Source: an uncultured Candidatus Saccharibacteria bacterium
GTDB taxonomy: Bacteria; Patescibacteriota; Minisyncoccia; Phycocordibacterales; Zambryskibacteraceae
NCBI GenBank assembly: GCA_964355645.1
Contig: CAYHDI010000002.1
Coordinates: forward strand, 92,522 to 156,521
Reading direction: 5' to 3'
DNA length: 64,000 nucleotides
The number at the start of each line of letters is the position of its first letter. The first letter of the stretch is position 1. Position numbers and translations under genes: made by a program. The notes below the pieces were generated by a model, which did no database searches, was not told the DNA's origin, and saw only the letters and a program-made list of their open reading frames with translations. Below are positions 7,386 through 17,508 of this stretch, piece after piece.

Positions 7386-8795
7386 CTAAAAGTTTTTAAA
7401 CTCTTCCTCCGCCTTGCCATAGTTACTATAATCAATTTCAACGAAAGTATTGTGTCGTGTGTGATAATCGAGAGTGACGGTGCCGAGCGGACCATTTCGA
7501 TGCTTGGCAATGATTAATTCCTTGCGTTGAATTTCTTTTATCTTTCCGCTTTCATCTCGCAAATCATCTGTATCAGCATGGATAAACATCACGAGGTCGG
7601 CATCCTGTTCAATCGAGCCCGAATCACGAAGATCAGAAAGCTTTGGTTTGCCTCCGCGGGTTTCTACGGCTCTAGAGAGCTGTGAGAGGGCGATGACGGG
7701 TATATCGAGCTCACGAGCAAGGTGTTTGAGAGAACGAGAAATCTCTGTCACTTGTTGAACCAATGATTCAGAGTTCTTGGTGTTTGTGGGGGCCATGAGT
7801 TGAAGATAGTCCACAATCAAAAGTTTCAAGCCCTTTTCAATTTTGAGTTTCCTCGCTGCTGAACGCATTTTGAGTACGGTGTTTCCGGCTTGGTCATCAA
7901 TATATATTGGTGTGCGAGACAAATCATCGAGGGCATCGCGAATATTTTTGAAAGTATCATCTCTCCATGTGCCTGTTTGAGTACGAATGCCTTTCCTAAT
8001 GACCGAGGCGTCTATTTGAGATTGAGCGGAGACAATACGATCAACGAGTTGATCGGCACTCATTTCAAGAGAAAAGATTCCAACAGGGATTTGATACTGA
8101 CTCGCAGCTTTGCGGGCAATGTCCAAAGCAAGAGCCGTCTTTCCGACCGAAGGTCGAGCCGCGATAATGATGAGATCTGATTTTTGAAAACCTCCGAGAA
8201 TATCATCAAGTGATTTGAATCCTGTTGGTACTCCACGAAGCTCATGTTCAGGCGAGGACAGCTTTTCAAACCTCTCGTATGCATCCACCAGTAGAGGTTT
8301 GAGGTCTTTGAAATTTTGGGCCGATGAGAAGTGTTGAGTGATGTCGAAAACTTTTTTCTCTGCGTGATCGAGGATTTCTTCAAGCTCACCGGATTCATCG
8401 AAGCCGAGATGAGAAATGAATTCAGATGCGTTAATAAGTTCTCGCATCATAAACTTCTTCTCAACAATTTCGGCGTAATGCTTCACATTCGCTGAAGAGG
8501 GGACAATGGAAGTCAATTCGGTTAGAAATGTCGTCCCGCCAATTCGATCGAGAACTCCCTTCTCTTTTAATCTCGATGAGAGTGAGAGGATGTCGATAGG
8601 TTGATGTTTGCCGAAAATCTCAAGCATGGTCTCGAAGATTGTTCGGTGTTTTTCAAAATAAAAAGAATTCGCAGAGACAATATCCATCACTTCATAAATA
8701 CAATCCGGTCGAAGCATGACAGAACCGAGTAGGGCCATTTCAGCTTCAAGTGATTGGGGTGGAATTCTGAGTTTGGATTTGTCTATTTCGGGCAT
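7386..8795 (-). CDS. dnaB: replicative DNA helicase
   Basis: AARPSVGKT, FSLEMS, VDYLQLM, LSDLRDSGSIEQDAD, KHRNGP. Confidence 0.98.
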   Translation of the reverse strand: MPEIDKSKLRIPPQSLEAEMALLGSVMLRPDCIYEVMDIVSANSFYFEKHRTIFETMLEIFGKHQPIDILSLSSRLKEKGVLDRIGGTTFLTELTSIVPSSANVKHYAEIVEKKFMMRELINASEFISHLGFDESGELEEILDHAEKKVFDITQHFSSAQNFKDLKPLLVDAYERFEKLSSPEHELRGVPTGFKSLDDILGGFQKSDLIIIAARPSVGKTALALDIARKAASQYQIPVGIFSLEMSADQLVDRIVSAQSQIDASVIRKGIRTQTGTWRDDTFKNIRDALDDLSRTPIYIDDQAGNTVLKMRSAARKLKIEKGLKLLIVDYLQLMAPTNTKNSESLVQQVTEISRSLKHLARELDIPVIALSQLSRAVETRGGKPKLSDLRDSGSIEQDADLVMFIHADTDDLRDESGKIKEIQRKELIIAKHRNGPLGTVTLDYHTRHNTFVEIDYSNYGKAEEEFKNF

Positions 8796-8870
8796 AAGCC
8801 TATGCTACCAGTCGGGAGGTTCTTCGCAAACTAGCAACAGAGTATAAATCGGTGTGTAAGGTGGGGATAC

Positions 8871-10277
8871 CTATTTTGAGGTTAAAACAGGTCCATTTTC
8901 AGTATCTTTTAGTGTGTAGCCTTTATCTTCTATTTGTTTTCTAAGTTCATCTGACTTAGAAAAGTCCTTGTTTTGGCGAGCTATTTCACGTTCATCCACA
9001 AGTGCTTGGACATTATCAGGTATATAAATTATCTTTTCTGGTTCATCAAGTCTAAGACCTAAAACTCTATCAAAATCAAGGAGAGTAAACCGTTTTGTAG
9101 CCACATCAACATTGCTATCTTTCAATAAATTCCAAACAACGGCCAGGGCTTCGGGCGTATTAAAATCATTTTCAATGGCTTCTTTGAATTCTTTTTTGAA
9201 TTCAATTGACACCTCACCCCAGCCCCTCTCCTTGTCAAGGAGAGGGGTCGACTCGTGGGCGACGAGCGAGGGTGAGGTGAATTCTTTTAATTTTTTATAT
9301 GCATTTTGCGAAGCCTGCAATCCTTCCCAAGTAAAGTTAGTTGGAGTTCGATAATGTGAGCCGAGCAGAAAATATCGATAGGCTAGGGGAGAGAAGCCTT
9401 TTTCTTCAAGAGTTTTAAGAGTAATGAAATTATTTTCTGATTTAGCCATTTTCGTATCAGACATATTCACAAATCCATTGTGTAACCAATAGTGGGCGAA
9501 TTTTCCACCACAAGCGTTTTCGGATTGAACGATTTCGTTGTTGTGATGAATGGGAGCGAGATCTATTCCTCCCGTATGAATATCAAACGTATTACCCAAA
9601 TATTTTGTACTCATGGCTGAACATTCAATGTGCCAACCGGGGAAGCCTTGTCCCCAAGGACTTGGATAACCGAGATTAGAATTAAATTTCCACAAGGCAA
9701 AATCTTTTGAATTTCTTTTTTCTGAATTCAAGCCAATTCTTGAGGTCGCCTCCTCTGATTCTCCAATCCCTCCCAACTTTCCATAGTTCTCAACTTTTGA
9801 AATATCAAAATAAATTCCATCAGTGGTTTTGTAAGTTAAATCTTTTGTCTCCAAGATTTTAATCATTTCAATATCTTCAACAATATGCTCCGAAGCCCTG
9901 GGCAGAACATCGGGCGTTTTAATATTTAATTTAGTGATATCTTCCTTGAATCTTTCAGTATAAAAATTAGTTAGCTCCTTCATGGAATCAAGAGAAATCT
10001 CCTTACCTTCGCGTTTCAAGCCTTTTATGATTTTGTCTTCTCCCTCGTCGTTATTTCCTCCGACTCCTATATCCGTAATGTTCATCACTTGCTTCACTTT
10101 ATAGTTCTCATATTCAAATACTCGACGGATTATATCCGCTGTGAAGAATGCCCGAAGATTTCCGATGTGCACAAAATCATAAACCGTGGGCCCGCAATGA
10201 TACATACTCACTTCGCCATCTTTAATAGGCTTAAATTCTTCAATCCTATTTCCAAGAGTGTTGTGAAGCCTAATCAT
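8871..10277 (-). CDS. cysS: cysteine--tRNA ligase
   Basis: CGPTVY..HIGN, PGWHIECS, KMAKS; start MIRLHNTL. Confidence 0.97.
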   Translation of the reverse strand: MIRLHNTLGNRIEEFKPIKDGEVSMYHCGPTVYDFVHIGNLRAFFTADIIRRVFEYENYKVKQVMNITDIGVGGNNDEGEDKIIKGLKREGKEISLDSMKELTNFYTERFKEDITKLNIKTPDVLPRASEHIVEDIEMIKILETKDLTYKTTDGIYFDISKVENYGKLGGIGESEEATSRIGLNSEKRNSKDFALWKFNSNLGYPSPWGQGFPGWHIECSAMSTKYLGNTFDIHTGGIDLAPIHHNNEIVQSENACGGKFAHYWLHNGFVNMSDTKMAKSENNFITLKTLEEKGFSPLAYRYFLLGSHYRTPTNFTWEGLQASQNAYKKLKEFTSPSLVAHESTPLLDKERGWGEVSIEFKKEFKEAIENDFNTPEALAVVWNLLKDSNVDVATKRFTLLDFDRVLGLRLDEPEKIIYIPDNVQALVDEREIARQNKDFSKSDELRKQIEDKGYTLKDTENGPVLTSK

Positions 10278-11059
10278 TTTCTGGCCATGAATCCTATCCA
10301 AATCGAAATTATGCCAACCAAAACTGAAGCGGTGATGAAAACAACGGTTAGAGTTTTCATTGACTCATTTTGTTTGGTAGAAAGCAGGGCGTTGTTAGTT
10401 TCTCGAAGTTCATGTACGGTTTCAAACAAAACATCGAGTTTAGCCTTTGACTTTTCGAATCTTTCCAATATTTCTGCTGAAAGAGTGCTGAATTTTGAAC
10501 CGAAAATTTTTCCTCCTTCTGTCCCCAAAGTTTTGAAAACATCCGGATAAATAGCTGTGATTTTTCTAAAATCAATCAAATGTCTCGAAGCTTCCGAAAG
10601 TTCCAGAATTGTTTGCTTCTCTTGACCATTAAACATTTTGTTCTCGACCTCTCTGACCCAATGATCAACCGAAGAAAGTTTGTGTTCAAAGTTTCCTAAA
10701 AGCTCTCCAAGGAGCCCGAAGAATATTCCGTTCTCGCTTTCATCAGTTGGTTTAAATTTTTCTAGGGCTTCTACTCGTTCATAGCGAGCGGTGATAATCA
10801 CATTCTTGGTCAAAATGAAATCAACTTCATAAGCAGCGTCTCCGTTCTTCGATTCACCGAGGGCGGGGAAATGCAGAACAATATAAGCATGATTTTTCCC
10901 AAATTCTACTTTGTGTTTAAGAGAGGGAGACAGAAGTTCTTCGATTGTTTGAGATTCAAGTCCCGAAACCTCTGCCACTTCTCTGACTTCAATTTTTGAT
11001 GGGGTTTCAAGATCAATCCAGGTGACTCCGGCATGATTGCGAATAGTTTTCATATCCAT
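10274..11059 (-). CDS. CorA-like protein with a single TM and no GMN motif
   Basis: TWIDLE.P, KVE, ITAR, QNESMKTLTVV; ends after one hydrophobic helix. Confidence 0.75.
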   Translation of the reverse strand: MDMKTIRNHAGVTWIDLETPSKIEVREVAEVSGLESQTIEELLSPSLKHKVEFGKNHAYIVLHFPALGESKNGDAAYEVDFILTKNVIITARYERVEALEKFKPTDESENGIFFGLLGELLGNFEHKLSSVDHWVREVENKMFNGQEKQTILELSEASRHLIDFRKITAIYPDVFKTLGTEGGKIFGSKFSTLSAEILERFEKSKAKLDVLFETVHELRETNNALLSTKQNESMKTLTVVFITASVLVGIISIWIGFMARK

Positions 11060-11117
11060 AAGTATACATTCATTATTTCTGTTGACCAAGGTGGTCGGGG
11101 ATGCGATAATTGAAAGA

Positions 11118-12347
11118 ATGGAATTTCTTAAAAAGCACGCTTCATTGACTGTTCTCGGTATTATTGTTCTCTCCGTTGTATATTTTCTGGGTTTTAATTC
11201 TGGCAAACAAAGTGCCTACACCTCACTTGCAACGATTGCCACTCTTGAGAACAAAACGACAGGAGAACCTTCCACGGTTGATTTTGGAATATTTTGGAAA
11301 ACATGGAATCTTTTGAATGAAAAATATGTGGCCACAGCGACTTCTTCGAAACCGATAAGTGATCAAGACAAAGTTTATGGTGCTATCCAAGGCCTCGTAT
11401 CTTCTTTCGGCGATCCTTACACCGTTTTCTTTCCTCCTGTTGAATCGAAAACGTTTGCTTCAGAAGTTCGAGGAAATTTCGAAGGGGTGGGCATGGAAGT
11501 TGGGCCCAAAGATGGAGCCCTGACGGTCATCGCCCCTCTTAAGGATAGTCCCGCTGAGAAAGCTGGAATTCTTCCGGGCGATAAAATAATTAAAATTGAT
11601 GACAAAAGTGCTTCAAATTTGTCTACTGAAAGCGCCGTACAATTAATCCGAGGTCCAAGCGGTACGGTGGTCACTCTGACGATAATTCGTTCGACCAAAA
11701 AACAAGCTTTTGATATAAAGATTACGCGCGGGATAATCAACATTCCAACCATTGCGACCAAGAATTTGGGGAACGGTATTTTCAAAATTGATTTATATAG
11801 TTTTACTGCCGATTCACCCAATCTTTTCAGGGGGGCGTTGCGTGAATTTGTTCAATCGGGTAATAATAAATTGATTCTCGATTTGCGAGGGAATCCCGGA
11901 GGATATCTTGAAGCGGCGATAGACATGGCCAGCTGGTTCCTGCCGAGTGGCAAGGTGGTAGTCAAGGAGAGCTTCGGTCCAAACAAGGATGAAACTATTT
12001 ATCGAAGCAAGGGCTACGATGTGTTTAACAATAATTTAAAATTTGCGATTTTGGTTGATAATGGTTCAGCCTCGGCTGCAGAAATTCTCGCCGGGGCTCT
12101 TTCGGAGCAAGGTAAGGCTTTCCTCGTTGGTCAAACAACATTCGGCAAGGGTTCGGTTCAAGAATTGGTTGATATCACATCTGATACCTCTCTCAAGGTT
12201 ACTATTGCTCGTTGGCTCACGCCGAATGGACTTTCAATTTCTAAACAAGGCATTACTCCGCAATACGTTGTTCAGAGAACTGAAGCGGATATGCTCGCGG
12301 GCAAAGACCCTCAACTCGACAAGGCGATTGAGATTTTGAATCAATGA
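11118..12347 (+). CDS. S41 C-terminal processing peptidase (CtpA-like, PDZ domain)
   Basis: [34 protein letters not shown]. Confidence 0.95.
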   Translation: MEFLKKHASLTVLGIIVLSVVYFLGFNSGKQSAYTSLATIATLENKTTGEPSTVDFGIFWKTWNLLNEKYVATATSSKPISDQDKVYGAIQGLVSSFGDPYTVFFPPVESKTFASEVRGNFEGVGMEVGPKDGALTVIAPLKDSPAEKAGILPGDKIIKIDDKSASNLSTESAVQLIRGPSGTVVTLTIIRSTKKQAFDIKITRGIINIPTIATKNLGNGIFKIDLYSFTADSPNLFRGALREFVQSGNNKLILDLRGNPGGYLEAAIDMASWFLPSGKVVVKESFGPNKDETIYRSKGYDVFNNNLKFAILVDNGSASAAEILAGALSEQGKAFLVGQTTFGKGSVQELVDITSDTSLKVTIARWLTPNGLSISKQGITPQYVVQRTEADMLAGKDPQLDKAIEILNQ

Positions 12348-12808
12348 AAGTTATTTTACTCAAAGATATCAAAGGGGTGGGAAAAAAGTTCGAAGAGAAA
12401 AATGTCTCGGATGGCTATGCGATGAATTTGCTTATTCCGAAGAAACTTGCCGTGCCCGCTTCGAATGCAGGGCAAGTGAAAACTTTGATTGAGAACAAAT
12501 TGGCCGAGGAAGCTTCGGCTCGAAAACATCTCGAAGAAAATATTCAGAAAATCAGTGGGACAGAAATCAAACTTAGTTTGAAGGCCAATGAAAAGAATCA
12601 CCTGTTCGCATCGTTGAATGCACAGAAACTTTCTGAGATTTTAAAGAAAGAAAGAAATATTGAAATTAGTCCCAATTTAATTGAACTCGAAACTCCTATC
12701 AAAGAAATCGGTACCTTCGAAATTCCAGTCAGGGTAGGGGACCCCGCAGGGCAAACCAACAGGGCAGGTAAGCAAGCAAAGTTTACGCTTGTGGTAGAAC
12801 CCAAGTAG
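12344..12808 (+). CDS. rplI: 50S ribosomal protein L9
   Basis: [24 protein letters not shown]. Confidence 0.95.
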   Translation: MKVILLKDIKGVGKKFEEKNVSDGYAMNLLIPKKLAVPASNAGQVKTLIENKLAEEASARKHLEENIQKISGTEIKLSLKANEKNHLFASLNAQKLSEILKKERNIEISPNLIELETPIKEIGTFEIPVRVGDPAGQTNRAGKQAKFTLVVEPK

Positions 12809-12822
12809 CAGAGCAAAGCTCG

Positions 12823-13101
12823 CTACTGGGCCACGACGTGCATAATCTTCTTCAACACGACCGTATTGTCGAAATGAACTTTTCTCTTATAACCAAGTTT
12901 AACTAGACCATCTATAAGAGCGAAAAGGGTGTGATCCTTGCCCATACCTACATTCTTGCCCGGCATGACGTCAGTGCCTCTCTGGCGAACCAAAACGGCT
13001 CCAGAACGAGCGAAAGAGCCGGGTGCAAGCTTCATACCCAAATACTTTGGGTTAGAATCTCGACCGTTTTTTGTTGTTCCTGCGGATTTCTTATGTGCCA
13101 T
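12823..13101 (-). CDS. rpmA: 50S ribosomal protein L27
   Basis: [30 protein letters not shown]. Confidence 0.96.
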   Translation of the reverse strand: MAHKKSAGTTKNGRDSNPKYLGMKLAPGSFARSGAVLVRQRGTDVMPGKNVGMGKDHTLFALIDGLVKLGYKRKVHFDNTVVLKKIMHVVAQ

Positions 13102-13121
13102 AGTGTTATATAATTGACCGA

Positions 13122-13505
13122 ATGAGTTTAACAGAAACCGTAGATTTTGACAAGGAGGGCAATGTAATTCGTTTTTCACCGATTAAGCGATTCTTTCTCA
13201 TTCTAGTCATTATCCTTGTGGCCTTATTCGCCTTCGGAATTGGAAGATTGAGCCGGACAGGGGATAGAGAGCCTATCAAAATTGAATATGACCAAGGTTT
13301 AAGCCAAGTCTCCGGAATATCTCAAACAGCCTCGGTGATTAATTCTATTCCTGCCGGAGGTGTATTCGCCTCGAGTAAGGGCAAGAAATATTATTATCCC
13401 GGTTGTTCAAATACTATTTCAGAGGCCAACAAAATAACTTTTTCAACTTCAAAAGACGCCGAATCAGCCGGTTTTACTCTGGCTTCAAATTGTCATCCAA
13501 AATAG
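13122..13505 (+). CDS. membrane-anchored protein with Ada-like metal-binding C-terminal domain
   Basis: N-terminal TM; [14 protein letters not shown]...N.I.F....AE.AGF....C. Confidence 0.75.
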   Translation: MSLTETVDFDKEGNVIRFSPIKRFFLILVIILVALFAFGIGRLSRTGDREPIKIEYDQGLSQVSGISQTASVINSIPAGGVFASSKGKKYYYPGCSNTISEANKITFSTSKDAESAGFTLASNCHPK

Positions 13506-13583
13506 GCGAAAAGTTATCCACAGCCTTTGATTAATATATGGCTTTGTAGAGCCACAATTAGACCATAAATTCGGTTAAAATGC

Positions 13584-13612
13584 TTGACTTTCTTGACGAA
13601 AGGTGATAAGCT
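13584..13612 (+). promoter_or_regulatory. sigma70-type promoter
   Basis: TTGACT-17 nt-TAAGCT with TG before the -10. Confidence 0.6.
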
Positions 13613-13690
13613 AGTAGGGAATCAGCAAGGGCTGATTTTTCGTTTAGTGAGAGGTGACGGATACGGCATCTAAAGTTAAAAGTTTATCCC

Positions 13691-14200
13691 ATTGTTATTT
13701 TACAGCTTACGACCCTTAGTCTCTTGTTCAGTCTTTCGTCTGCGTCTGCCGCTGTCGTCCCTGCAATAGTCGTTGGCCCACAGGTCACCTATAGCGAGGT
13801 TCCAAAAATGGAGATAGCCCAGCCCGCAGCTCCCAAAGAAGTGAAATCAGTAGACTATGCGCCGATTACCGATTCCAAGAATGTAAAGGAATTCGTGGCA
13901 GATTATTTTGCCGATACTCCTATACTCGTGACCATTGCTGGATGTGAATCCAAATATCGTCAGTATGATTCAAAGGGCAATTTGCTAAGAGGGGAGAAAA
14001 ACCGCTACGACGTCGGAGTGATGCAGATCAATGAACTGTATCATGATGATGACGCAGTGGCTCTAGGGTACAACATTCATACTATCGACGGAAATGTGGC
14101 TTTTGCCAAGCATCTGTACGAGAAGTATGGTGCGAAGCCCTGGTTCTCTTCTTCAGCATGTTGGGCCAAATTTAGCGGTTCGGAAATCGCCAGGAAGTAA
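13691..14200 (+). CDS. secreted lytic transglycosylase-like (SLT/lysozyme fold) protein
   Basis: CES, DVGVMQIN, GNV.FA..LY...G..PW; start uncertain (ATT 13691 or TTG 13724). Confidence 0.75.
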   Translation: MVILQLTTLSLLFSLSSASAAVVPAIVVGPQVTYSEVPKMEIAQPAAPKEVKSVDYAPITDSKNVKEFVADYFADTPILVTIAGCESKYRQYDSKGNLLRGEKNRYDVGVMQINELYHDDDAVALGYNIHTIDGNVAFAKHLYEKYGAKPWFSSSACWAKFSGSEIARK

Positions 14201-14220
14201 TCTCCTTATCTCGATTACCA

Positions 14221-14252
14221 AAAACTCCACCGAGCAATCGTGTGGAGTTTTT
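14221..14252 (+). terminator. intrinsic terminator
   Basis: AAAACTCCAC...GTGGAGTTTTT. Confidence 0.75.
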
Positions 14253-14400
14253 GTTTGTCCTATTTATAGTTGTTTGCCTGAAGGGGAGTAAGAGCTTCTA
14301 GAAATAGATACGTGTCGCACAATATATCTTTTACACCATATACCTATATCAAACCACTTCCCTATAACCACTAAAATTTTAAATTCAAACGAGCCTCTAA

Positions 14401-14603
14401 GAGGGTAAAATCCCCTCGGTGATGGACCTACATGAGACTGTGGTGAATGTGTACAGAACTAGTATGGAGGTTCCCCGACAGCTCCATATTGACGAGACGG
14501 GAGATGGCAGGTCGACCATCGCATATGTTTGAAAAACCGTCCTCACTCACCATTTCCAAAGGTTGTCCGAGCCCCCCACCCCGTCATGCGGGGTGTTTTC
14601 TTT
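14401..14603 (+). ncRNA. possible structured non-coding RNA
   Basis: Nested complementary segments and a terminal CACCCCG/CGGGGTG hairpin with T tract; no convincing ORF. Confidence 0.3.
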
Positions 14604-14709
14604 AATCCAAAAGAGTTTCCCACCATTTGAAGGTGAAATGCATAAAGACATAAATCGGCCCGTAGATTGGGAGCAGAAGGAAAAAAATGATAGTTTTCAG
14701 AATCTTCAT
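14602..14709 (-). CDS. 35-aa hydrophobic small protein (MKILKTIIFFLLLPIYGP...)
   Basis: ATG 14709 to TAA 14602, directly downstream of 14733-15020 on the same strand. Confidence 0.5.
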   Translation of the reverse strand: MKILKTIIFFLLLPIYGPIYVFMHFTFKWWETLLD

Positions 14710-14732
14710 ATGGCTCAATTTAACAAATTAAA

Positions 14733-15020
14733 CTAGCGAATACCAGACGCAGCGTTCTGTTGTCCCCACTGAAGAAAAGATTGAAAATTATTCCAAATAA
14801 CACCAACGAGCGGGAAGAAAATTTGGTTCTGAATAAAGATTATTGGAGGACCGATGATAGACCAAATTGAACCGAGAACTTGTTGAGTATAAGTGATGGT
14901 GCTTTGACCTTGAGGAGTGTTGGCCGCTTCAAAAACAGAAAAATTATACAAATATTTAAGAACAATAAGCGCAATAATGATTAAAACAACTAATCCAATA
15001 AATCCACGTTGTGTTTTCAT
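14733..15020 (-). CDS. small membrane protein with pilin-like (class III) signal motif
   Basis: MKTQRG|FIGLVVLIII. Confidence 0.7.
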   Translation of the reverse strand: MKTQRGFIGLVVLIIIALIVLKYLYNFSVFEAANTPQGQSTITYTQQVLGSIWSIIGPPIIFIQNQIFFPLVGVIWNNFQSFLQWGQQNAASGIR

Positions 15021-15030
15021 TAATTTAATT

Positions 15031-16326
15031 TTAGTTCAATGAGGGCAAGTAAGCAAGTGGGTCAAGATAAGCCCGTGGAGGAGCAGCTACTGTCTTGATA
15101 CCCGAACAATTCGACTTGGCACTCAGGGTACCCGCGTCTACGATTCGAATACCCGCAGTGACGTATAATCCCAGATGCAAATGTGGCCCCGTCGAATAGC
15201 CTGTAGCTCCACTGTAACCAATGATTTGTCCGGTTTGAACACTTTGCCCCGGACTGACCAAAACGGATGAAAGGTGTCCATAAATTGTCGACATCCCGTT
15301 TGGATGCTTAATCAAAACCCATTTGCCGTACTGACATCCCGATTTAATTCTAAATGCTTCTGCATCAGTCACAGAACCAGAAAGTGAAGCGAATACTGGT
15401 GTGCCGATGCTTGCTCTCAAATCAATTCCTCCGTGTGAGCCAGAGACATACAATCTCTTCGCATCAACTGTCGCTCCGAAATATTGAGTAATCGAAATAT
15501 TTGAAAGTGGCCATGAGAGTATGCCCTTTTTTTGATTAGGAATACTTGATGGGTCGATGGTGATTTTCAATCGAGATTCATAATTAAACAAATCTGCTTC
15601 AAACTTCTTCTCTTGAGCAATGTTGTCAGCCAACATTTTTTGGTAAAGGGTTTCTTGACCTTTGGTTTGGGCTAAGAGTTTGTTTTTGTCTGCTTGAGCT
15701 ACCTCGACCGCAGTTTTTTGTCCTCCGAGTTCAGTTTTTAATCCCACTAATTGTTCCTTAGTCTTTTCTTTCTCTACTTTCTTTTGGTTCAAAACTTTTT
15801 GAGCATTCTGGAGCAGAGAAATTTCATTGATTAATTTACTTTGTAGATTAGCAAGAGATACCCTGTCCGTCCAAACTTCATTCAAATCCTTGTTATTTAG
15901 AATATCCATAACCAAGGAATTCGAATCGTAGGAAGACAATTGCTGAATTGCCGTAGAAATGGCTTTCTCATGTGTCAAAACCTGATTTTGCTTTTCGTTT
16001 ACTGAACTTTGAATAGTTTGAATGTTCAAATTGGCCAAAGTGATTTTTGATTGTGTCACTTTGATATCATTAGCCAACTTTGTTTTTGATGCATTCAAAG
16101 CATTGATGTTGCTCTGGAGAGTGTTTTTGTTCTTGCCAATAGCATCCAATTCAGTTTGGAGTTTTTGTTGTTGGATAAGCAATGCATCGAGTTGTTTTTG
16201 TGTCTCAGCTTTCCCTTGCAAAAGTTCGCTGACCGTATCGGCCAAAACAGAAGTAGGAAGTAAGAAGTAGGAAGTAAACCCGAGTAGAAACGCACTTATT
16301 AAAAAAATAGAAAAAACTTTTTTCAT
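15031..16326 (-). CDS. coiled-coil M23 family peptidoglycan endopeptidase
   Basis: Signal peptide, long coiled coil, HGGID, YGHL, STGPHLH. Confidence 0.93.
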   Translation of the reverse strand: MKKVFSIFLISAFLLGFTSYFLLPTSVLADTVSELLQGKAETQKQLDALLIQQQKLQTELDAIGKNKNTLQSNINALNASKTKLANDIKVTQSKITLANLNIQTIQSSVNEKQNQVLTHEKAISTAIQQLSSYDSNSLVMDILNNKDLNEVWTDRVSLANLQSKLINEISLLQNAQKVLNQKKVEKEKTKEQLVGLKTELGGQKTAVEVAQADKNKLLAQTKGQETLYQKMLADNIAQEKKFEADLFNYESRLKITIDPSSIPNQKKGILSWPLSNISITQYFGATVDAKRLYVSGSHGGIDLRASIGTPVFASLSGSVTDAEAFRIKSGCQYGKWVLIKHPNGMSTIYGHLSSVLVSPGQSVQTGQIIGYSGATGYSTGPHLHLGLYVTAGIRIVDAGTLSAKSNCSGIKTVAAPPRAYLDPLAYLPSLN

Positions 16327-16332
16327 TTTAAA

Positions 16333-17508
16333 TTACAAAAGTTCAATGGCTTTTCTCACTCTTTTCTCTGATTCATCCCGGCCAAGAATTTTGAGCAGAG
16401 TGAAAGGGTCTGGGGACTTCTCTTTGCCTGAAAGAACATAGCGAAGGGGCCAGAGGACACTCCCCTTCCCTACAAGATTTGCATAAGACATAATCGCTTC
16501 AGAATCATCAAGACAATCAACAATTTTTAACAAATGTTTTTTGGCCTCAACGGCATTAGAATCTTTCCAAGGAATTTTCTCTACTTCAAGCACTGGAGTA
16601 CTTGTATCGAAATCCTTGGCAACTCTATTTAATTGCTCTTCTGGAGAAAGAAGCTTGATGTGTTCTTTGTTGAACCAATTAAGTTTCTCAATATTAAATA
16701 CTGCGCCAGCCTTGTTCACACGATTGAGATCAAACACTTCAACTAATTCCTTCAAGGTATACAGTTCCCTCTCTCCTCCAGGATTAAACCCTAGAAGACC
16801 AAGAAAATTTACCATTGCTTCAGGTAAATAATCCTGATTGCGAAAATCACGAAGAGATGTCGCACCATGTCTAGCAGACATTTTGGATTTGTCTGGAGCC
16901 AATATAAGAGGAACATGCGCATAAATTGGTCTTTCAGCACCGATGGCTTCTTGGATAAGAATTTGTCTGGGCGTATTAGAAATCCCATCATCTCCTCGGA
17001 TAATATGAGTAATACCCATTTCAAAATCATCAACCACAACAGTCAAATGATAAAGAGGATCATTGACATTTCGAGCAATGACGAAATCCTTGAGCTCTGT
17101 TGTATCAAAAGTTATATCTCCATGAATCAAATCAGAAAAAATAATTATTTTGTTTGGGTTTTTAAATCTAATCACATCTTTGTTCGCCCCCTCGGTTTCC
17201 TTTGAAATGTAAGCCTTCCCTTCAGAGAGCAGTTTTTCTATATATTTTTTATAAATTTCTCCACGTTCGGATTGTCTAAATGGTCCGTGGTCGTAAGTTA
17301 TTCCTAGCCAAGCAAGTGATGAAATAATATCCTCTTCGTATTCTTTTTTTGAGCGTTCTTTGTCAGTGTCTTCAATACGAAAAACAATTTCGCCTCTATG
17401 TTTTTTGGCATACAGGTAATTAAAAAGTGCAGTTCGTGCTCGCCCAATATGAAAATACCCAGTGGGTGAAGGTGGAATTCTAACAACAATTTTATTTTTC
17501 GATTTCAT
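16333..17508 (-). CDS. gltX: glutamate--tRNA ligase
   Basis: PSPTG.FHIG, RIEDTD, VVDD, KMSAR. Confidence 0.96.
   Translation of the reverse strand: MKSKNKIVVRIPPSPTGYFHIGRARTALFNYLYAKKHRGEIVFRIEDTDKERSKKEYEEDIISSLAWLGITYDHGPFRQSERGEIYKKYIEKLLSEGKAYISKETEGANKDVIRFKNPNKIIIFSDLIHGDITFDTTELKDFVIARNVNDPLYHLTVVVDDFEMGITHIIRGDDGISNTPRQILIQEAIGAERPIYAHVPLILAPDKSKMSARHGATSLRDFRNQDYLPEAMVNFLGLLGFNPGGERELYTLKELVEVFDLNRVNKAGAVFNIEKLNWFNKEHIKLLSPEEQLNRVAKDFDTSTPVLEVEKIPWKDSNAVEAKKHLLKIVDCLDDSEAIMSYANLVGKGSVLWPLRYVLSGKEKSPDPFTLLKILGRDESEKRVRKAIELL

Noticed and set aside
13514-13522. Perfect DnaA box TTATCCACA as a sign of oriC
   Set aside because: Single box with only scattered near-matches elsewhere; no cluster and no dnaA/dnaN nearby.
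13613-13690. Known riboswitch (c-di-AMP or c-di-GMP) before the cell-wall hydrolase
   Set aside because: Consensus motifs not found and the leader is too short.
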